Origin: an uncultured delta proteobacterium
GTDB lineage: Bacteria > Myxococcota_A > Polyangia > Polyangiales > Houyiibacteriaceae
NCBI GenBank assembly: GCA_963716775.1
Contig: CAVQUI010000005.1
Coordinates: 65,127 to 129,126, forward strand
Direction: 5' to 3'
Length of the DNA: 64,000 bases
Shown here: positions 61,099 to 64,000 of the stretch, piece after piece
Layout: the number at the start of each line of letters is the position of its first letter
Position numbering within the stretch: the stretch's first letter is position 1
Translations under genes and position numbers: made by a program
Notes under the pieces: model-generated
Databases searched by the model: none
What the model was told of the DNA's origin: nothing
What the model saw: the letters and a program-made list of their open reading frames with translations, nothing else

Positions 61099-61125
61099 AG
61101 TAAGCAATTCCATGGCTTGCTTACT
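61099..61125. promoter_or_regulatory. Candidate operator: 27-bp palindrome in the 432-bp divergent ExbB/ExbB intergenic region
   Basis: agtaagcaa-ttccatggc-ttgcttact has 9-bp perfect inverted arms around a spacer containing CCATGG. It is directly preceded by hairpin ctgttc-ccccca-gaacag (61083-61100) and followed by tatata. Confidence 0.3.
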
Positions 61126-61418
61126 ATATAGGGATGATAACGGTTGGATCCAGCAAGTCAATATCGCGCCCGGTTCAGCTCCTTAGAAACCGGGGCCGCG
61201 CCGAGCTTGGGTTCAAAAAGCGGAAAAAGCTGTAGTCGCGTTGACAACTTCGCGGGGGGTGGGGTAGCTTGCCCCTCGGTCAAGGGGTTCGCCCCGACAG
61301 TCGTAATGATTTCAACGGATTCCAGCTCTCTGGGTCCGAATTTCAATGGGGCTGCGGGGTAGCGAAAAAAGTGGGAATTACTCGCCAATTCACGGGCGAG
61401 CCAGAGGGAGCCGCAAGC

Positions 61419-62051
61419 ATGCATGAAATCTGGGAGGCGATGAAGGAGGGGTTTCCCTTTTCGTTCATCAATCTCGGTGTTTTGGCTTTTGGCGTGGGTG
61501 TCATCATCGACCGCGCCTGGTACATCCGCATGAACTACAGCGTCGACGCCGCCGAGTTCATGAATCGGATTCGCAAGCTGGTGCAGGCGGGTAACATCGA
61601 TCGAGCGATTCGGCAGTGTGAGGCGAAGGCCGTCCCGCTGCTCGAGGTGGTCAAATCCGGGCTGACTCAGGTCAACCGCGGCGAAGAAGCCGTGATCGCT
61701 TCGATGGAAGAAAAAATGAGCGAGGTGATCCCTGCGCTCGAGAAGCGCACGGGCGCGCTATGGACACTGGCTAACATCGCGACCCTGATCGGGCTGCTCG
61801 GCACGATTAGCGGTCTCATTACCGCTTTCAAGGCGGTCGGAACGATCGACGACCCTTCGCAGAAGACGGCGCTGCTCTCCGCCGGTATCGCGGAAGCCAT
61901 GTGGAACACATTCCTCGGCCTTCTGATCGCGGTGATCTTCATGGTGGCTCACCTCGTGCTTCATGGGCTGACCAAGCGGCACAAGCACGAGATGGAAAAG
62001 GTCACGATGCAGTTGGAGAACCTCCTCACGCTGCGCCGGCAAGGCGGTTGA
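61419..62051 (+). CDS. MotA/TolQ/ExbB family proton channel
   Basis: ATG at 61419 with GAGGGAG 8-15 nt upstream. WTLANIATLIGLLGTISGLITAF and GIAEAMWNTFLGLLIAV are present. Confidence 0.85.
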   Translation: MHEIWEAMKEGFPFSFINLGVLAFGVGVIIDRAWYIRMNYSVDAAEFMNRIRKLVQAGNIDRAIRQCEAKAVPLLEVVKSGLTQVNRGEEAVIASMEEKMSEVIPALEKRTGALWTLANIATLIGLLGTISGLITAFKAVGTIDDPSQKTALLSAGIAEAMWNTFLGLLIAVIFMVAHLVLHGLTKRHKHEMEKVTMQLENLLTLRRQGG

Positions 62052-62063
62052 TCGGGCCCGGCC

Positions 62064-62621
62064 ATGCCCGCACGACTCACACCACGCCAACGAGCCTACG
62101 TCCGTAAGCGAACGCGCGTTGCCGACCTCGATCCGTCCGAGACGAGCGAAGAGCTGAACATCGTTCCCTTCTTGGACATCGTCGTGAACATCGTCATGTT
62201 CTTGTTGATGACCCTGACGACGATTGCTTTCTTTTCGCAGGTCGAAGCGGCGCTTCCCGAATACCGCACGGGCGGAATCGGGAAGCGCGCGGCGGCAGAC
62301 GAAGCGCTCAACTTGAACGTCACCGTAACGCGCGAAGGGGTCGTCGTCTCCGGATCGGGCGGCAAGCTCGCGCGGGGATGCACGACCACGGCCCCCGGCA
62401 AGGTCATCACGGTGCCCACCGGCATGAATGGCGAGCACGACTGGACAGCGCTCACCACTTGCGTCAGTCGCGTGAAGCAGCAGTTCGAGGACGAAACCCG
62501 GGTCACGCTCAGCGCGGACCCCGAAGTCCCCTACGAAGATTTGGTCGCCGCGATGGACGCTGTGCGTGGTGACGAGAACGAGCTCTTTCCTGAGGTCTTG
62601 CTCTCCGCGGGGATTCGATAG
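62064..62621 (+). CDS. ExbD/TolR family protein
   Basis: LNIVPFLDIVVNIVMFLLM: TM helix with the conserved Asp. ..VTLSADPEVPYEDLVAAMD.. Confidence 0.8.
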   Translation: MPARLTPRQRAYVRKRTRVADLDPSETSEELNIVPFLDIVVNIVMFLLMTLTTIAFFSQVEAALPEYRTGGIGKRAAADEALNLNVTVTREGVVVSGSGGKLARGCTTTAPGKVITVPTGMNGEHDWTALTTCVSRVKQQFEDETRVTLSADPEVPYEDLVAAMDAVRGDENELFPEVLLSAGIR

Positions 62622-63223
62622 TGGCAGACGAAAGCAGCAGGCCCTCGCGCCCTTCCCTCGCTCCACCCGTAGCGGAAAAGGCCGTCTCGATGTCGTACGT
62701 GAATCGCGTCGTCCGCGCGAAGCTGCGTCGCCGCGGGGAGCCCGAGCACTTCGGGCTCAACATCTACCCGATGATGGACATGCTCACGATCCTGCTGGTC
62801 TACATGATGGCGATCTTCGCGACCTCCTCGGCGTCGGCCGTGCAGGAAAGCAGCGAGCTCCGCATTCCGTACTCCACCTCGAAGGTCGAGCTCAGCGACG
62901 CCCTCTCTGTCCAGATCTCACGTAGCGGCGTCGTCGTCGACGGCCAGTCGGTGCTGGAGCTCCGCAACGGCATCGTCGACCCGAGCCTCAAACAGGGCGG
63001 CAGCAGCGGCTTTTTGATCACGCCGCTCTACAGGACACTCGGCGAAATCCGCGACCGCAAGAAGCGAACCGCACAACGCTTCGCAAACCAGCCGTTCGTC
63101 GGCGACGTCCAGATCATCGCCGACAAACGAACGCCATATCGGACGCTGAGCGAAGTGATCTACACGCTCGGTCAGACCGAGTTCAAGAACCTACGCTTCG
63201 TGGTCAATAAGAAGACGCAGTAG
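62621..63223 (+). CDS. ExbD/TolR family protein (divergent)
   Basis: GTG start overlapping the previous stop (TAGTG). LNIYPMMDMLTILLVYMM has the Asp. ..VQIIADKRTPYRTLSEVIYTL.. Confidence 0.7.
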   Translation: MADESSRPSRPSLAPPVAEKAVSMSYVNRVVRAKLRRRGEPEHFGLNIYPMMDMLTILLVYMMAIFATSSASAVQESSELRIPYSTSKVELSDALSVQISRSGVVVDGQSVLELRNGIVDPSLKQGGSSGFLITPLYRTLGEIRDRKKRTAQRFANQPFVGDVQIIADKRTPYRTLSEVIYTLGQTEFKNLRFVVNKKTQ

Positions 63224-63229
63224 GCCCGA

Positions 63230-63999
63230 TCAGAGCTCGAAGTCCCCGTACTCCAGAATCTCAGCGATCCGGTACAAGAACCCGTTCGCATGCACGCCGT
63301 CCACGACTCGGTGATCGTAAGTCAGCGCCATGTGCATGACCGGGTGAATCGCCATCACGTCTTCGCCCTCGTGCTCAATCACAACCACGCGCTTCTTGAT
63401 GGTCCCAAGCCGAAGGATGGCGACGTTTGGCTGGGAGATGATCGCGCCGCCGACGAGGTTGCCTCGGCGGCCGGGATTCGAGATGGTGAAGGTCTTTCCG
63501 GAGAGGTCATTTGGCGTGAGGTTGCCTGAGCGTGCACGTTCTGCGACGTCGGCTACGGCGCGGGCGACCCCGCGAATTGTGAGATCGTCGGTGTTTCGGA
63601 TGACGGGCACGACCAGGCCTTCATCGGTGTCGACTGCGATGCCGACGTTGACCTCGGCTAGCTTGACGAAGGCGTCATCGAGAACACGCGAATTGATTTC
63701 CGGAAACTCCCGTAGGGCCCTGGCCGTCGCCGCGATGGCGAAGGCAAGGTAGGTGAGATTGACGCCTTCCTTCTTGAAGTGCGCTTTATGCTGGTTTCGC
63801 AGCACCGCGGTGCGATGAAGATCGCATTCGGCGAAGGTGACGACGTCGGGCGCGGTTTGCTTCGAGAAGACCATGTGGTCGGCGATGATTCGGCGGCGTC
63901 GCGTGAACGGAACGATCTCGTCTCCGGCCTTCGGAACGTAGGGTGGCAAACGAAACGCTCCGGATGGACCGACGCCTCTTGCTGGCGCAGGCCGGGCGG
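63230..63999 (-). CDS. 2-oxoacid dehydrogenase E2 component (dihydrolipoamide acyltransferase), C-terminal catalytic domain; 5' part outside the window
   Basis: ..IVPFTRRRRIIADHM.., FTISNPG, and catalytic LTYDHRVVDG. The frame stays open to the window edge through a PAPARGVGPS linker. Confidence 0.85.
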   Translation of the reverse strand, partial: ARPAPARGVGPSGAFRLPPYVPKAGDEIVPFTRRRRIIADHMVFSKQTAPDVVTFAECDLHRTAVLRNQHKAHFKKEGVNLTYLAFAIAATARALREFPEINSRVLDDAFVKLAEVNVGIAVDTDEGLVVPVIRNTDDLTIRGVARAVADVAERARSGNLTPNDLSGKTFTISNPGRRGNLVGGAIISQPNVAILRLGTIKKRVVVIEHEGEDVMAIHPVMHMALTYDHRVVDGVHANGFLYRIAEILEYGDFEL

Positions 64000-64000
64000 C

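Overview
This is a GC-rich, gene-dense bacterial chromosomal window; the displayed sequence ends at base 63999. Two proteins end in MYXO-CTERM-like tails, and lipoproteins and ExbB/ExbD modules are abundant, so I infer a Myxococcota host (inference only).

Most content is housekeeping:
- two tRNA-Ser genes
- a strong fatty-acid beta-oxidation theme: 4 AMP-forming acyl-CoA synthetases, 2 FadI-type thiolases, FadJ, and an HtdX/FabG4-like pair
- prfC, ettA, pip, an M3 oligopeptidase, speA, moaA, queE, lon, FKBP and fxsA
- two divergent ExbB-ExbD-ExbD triads
- a partial E2 acyltransferase

I saw no CRISPR array, rRNA, integrase or transposase.

Main observations:
1. The best candidate for an undescribed system is at 52.5-58.5 kb. 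It holds a full-length LonA whose catalytic Ser is Ala (PKDGAAAG). Three nt downstream sits a polytopic membrane protein with an HExxH...E (MA-clan) motif and a helical-repeat tail. Transcribed divergently are a RelA/SpoT-like nucleotidyltransferase and a possible 49-aa membrane micro-ORF.
2. An operon encodes a degenerate receiver (phospho-Asp replaced by Ala), an S55 (SpoIVB-like) peptidase and a beta-propeller protein.
3. In one of the two mirrored ExbB-ExbD-ExbD triads, the usual TonB slot is filled by a non-TonB protein.
4. An eight-gene translationally coupled operon mixes lipid enzymes with queE.
5. At least ~20 reading-frame breaks split otherwise recognisable genes, and they are distributed non-uniformly. 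I cannot tell from sequence alone whether they are assembly indels or real decay.

All functional calls rest on motif and family recognition by eye. No database search was run.
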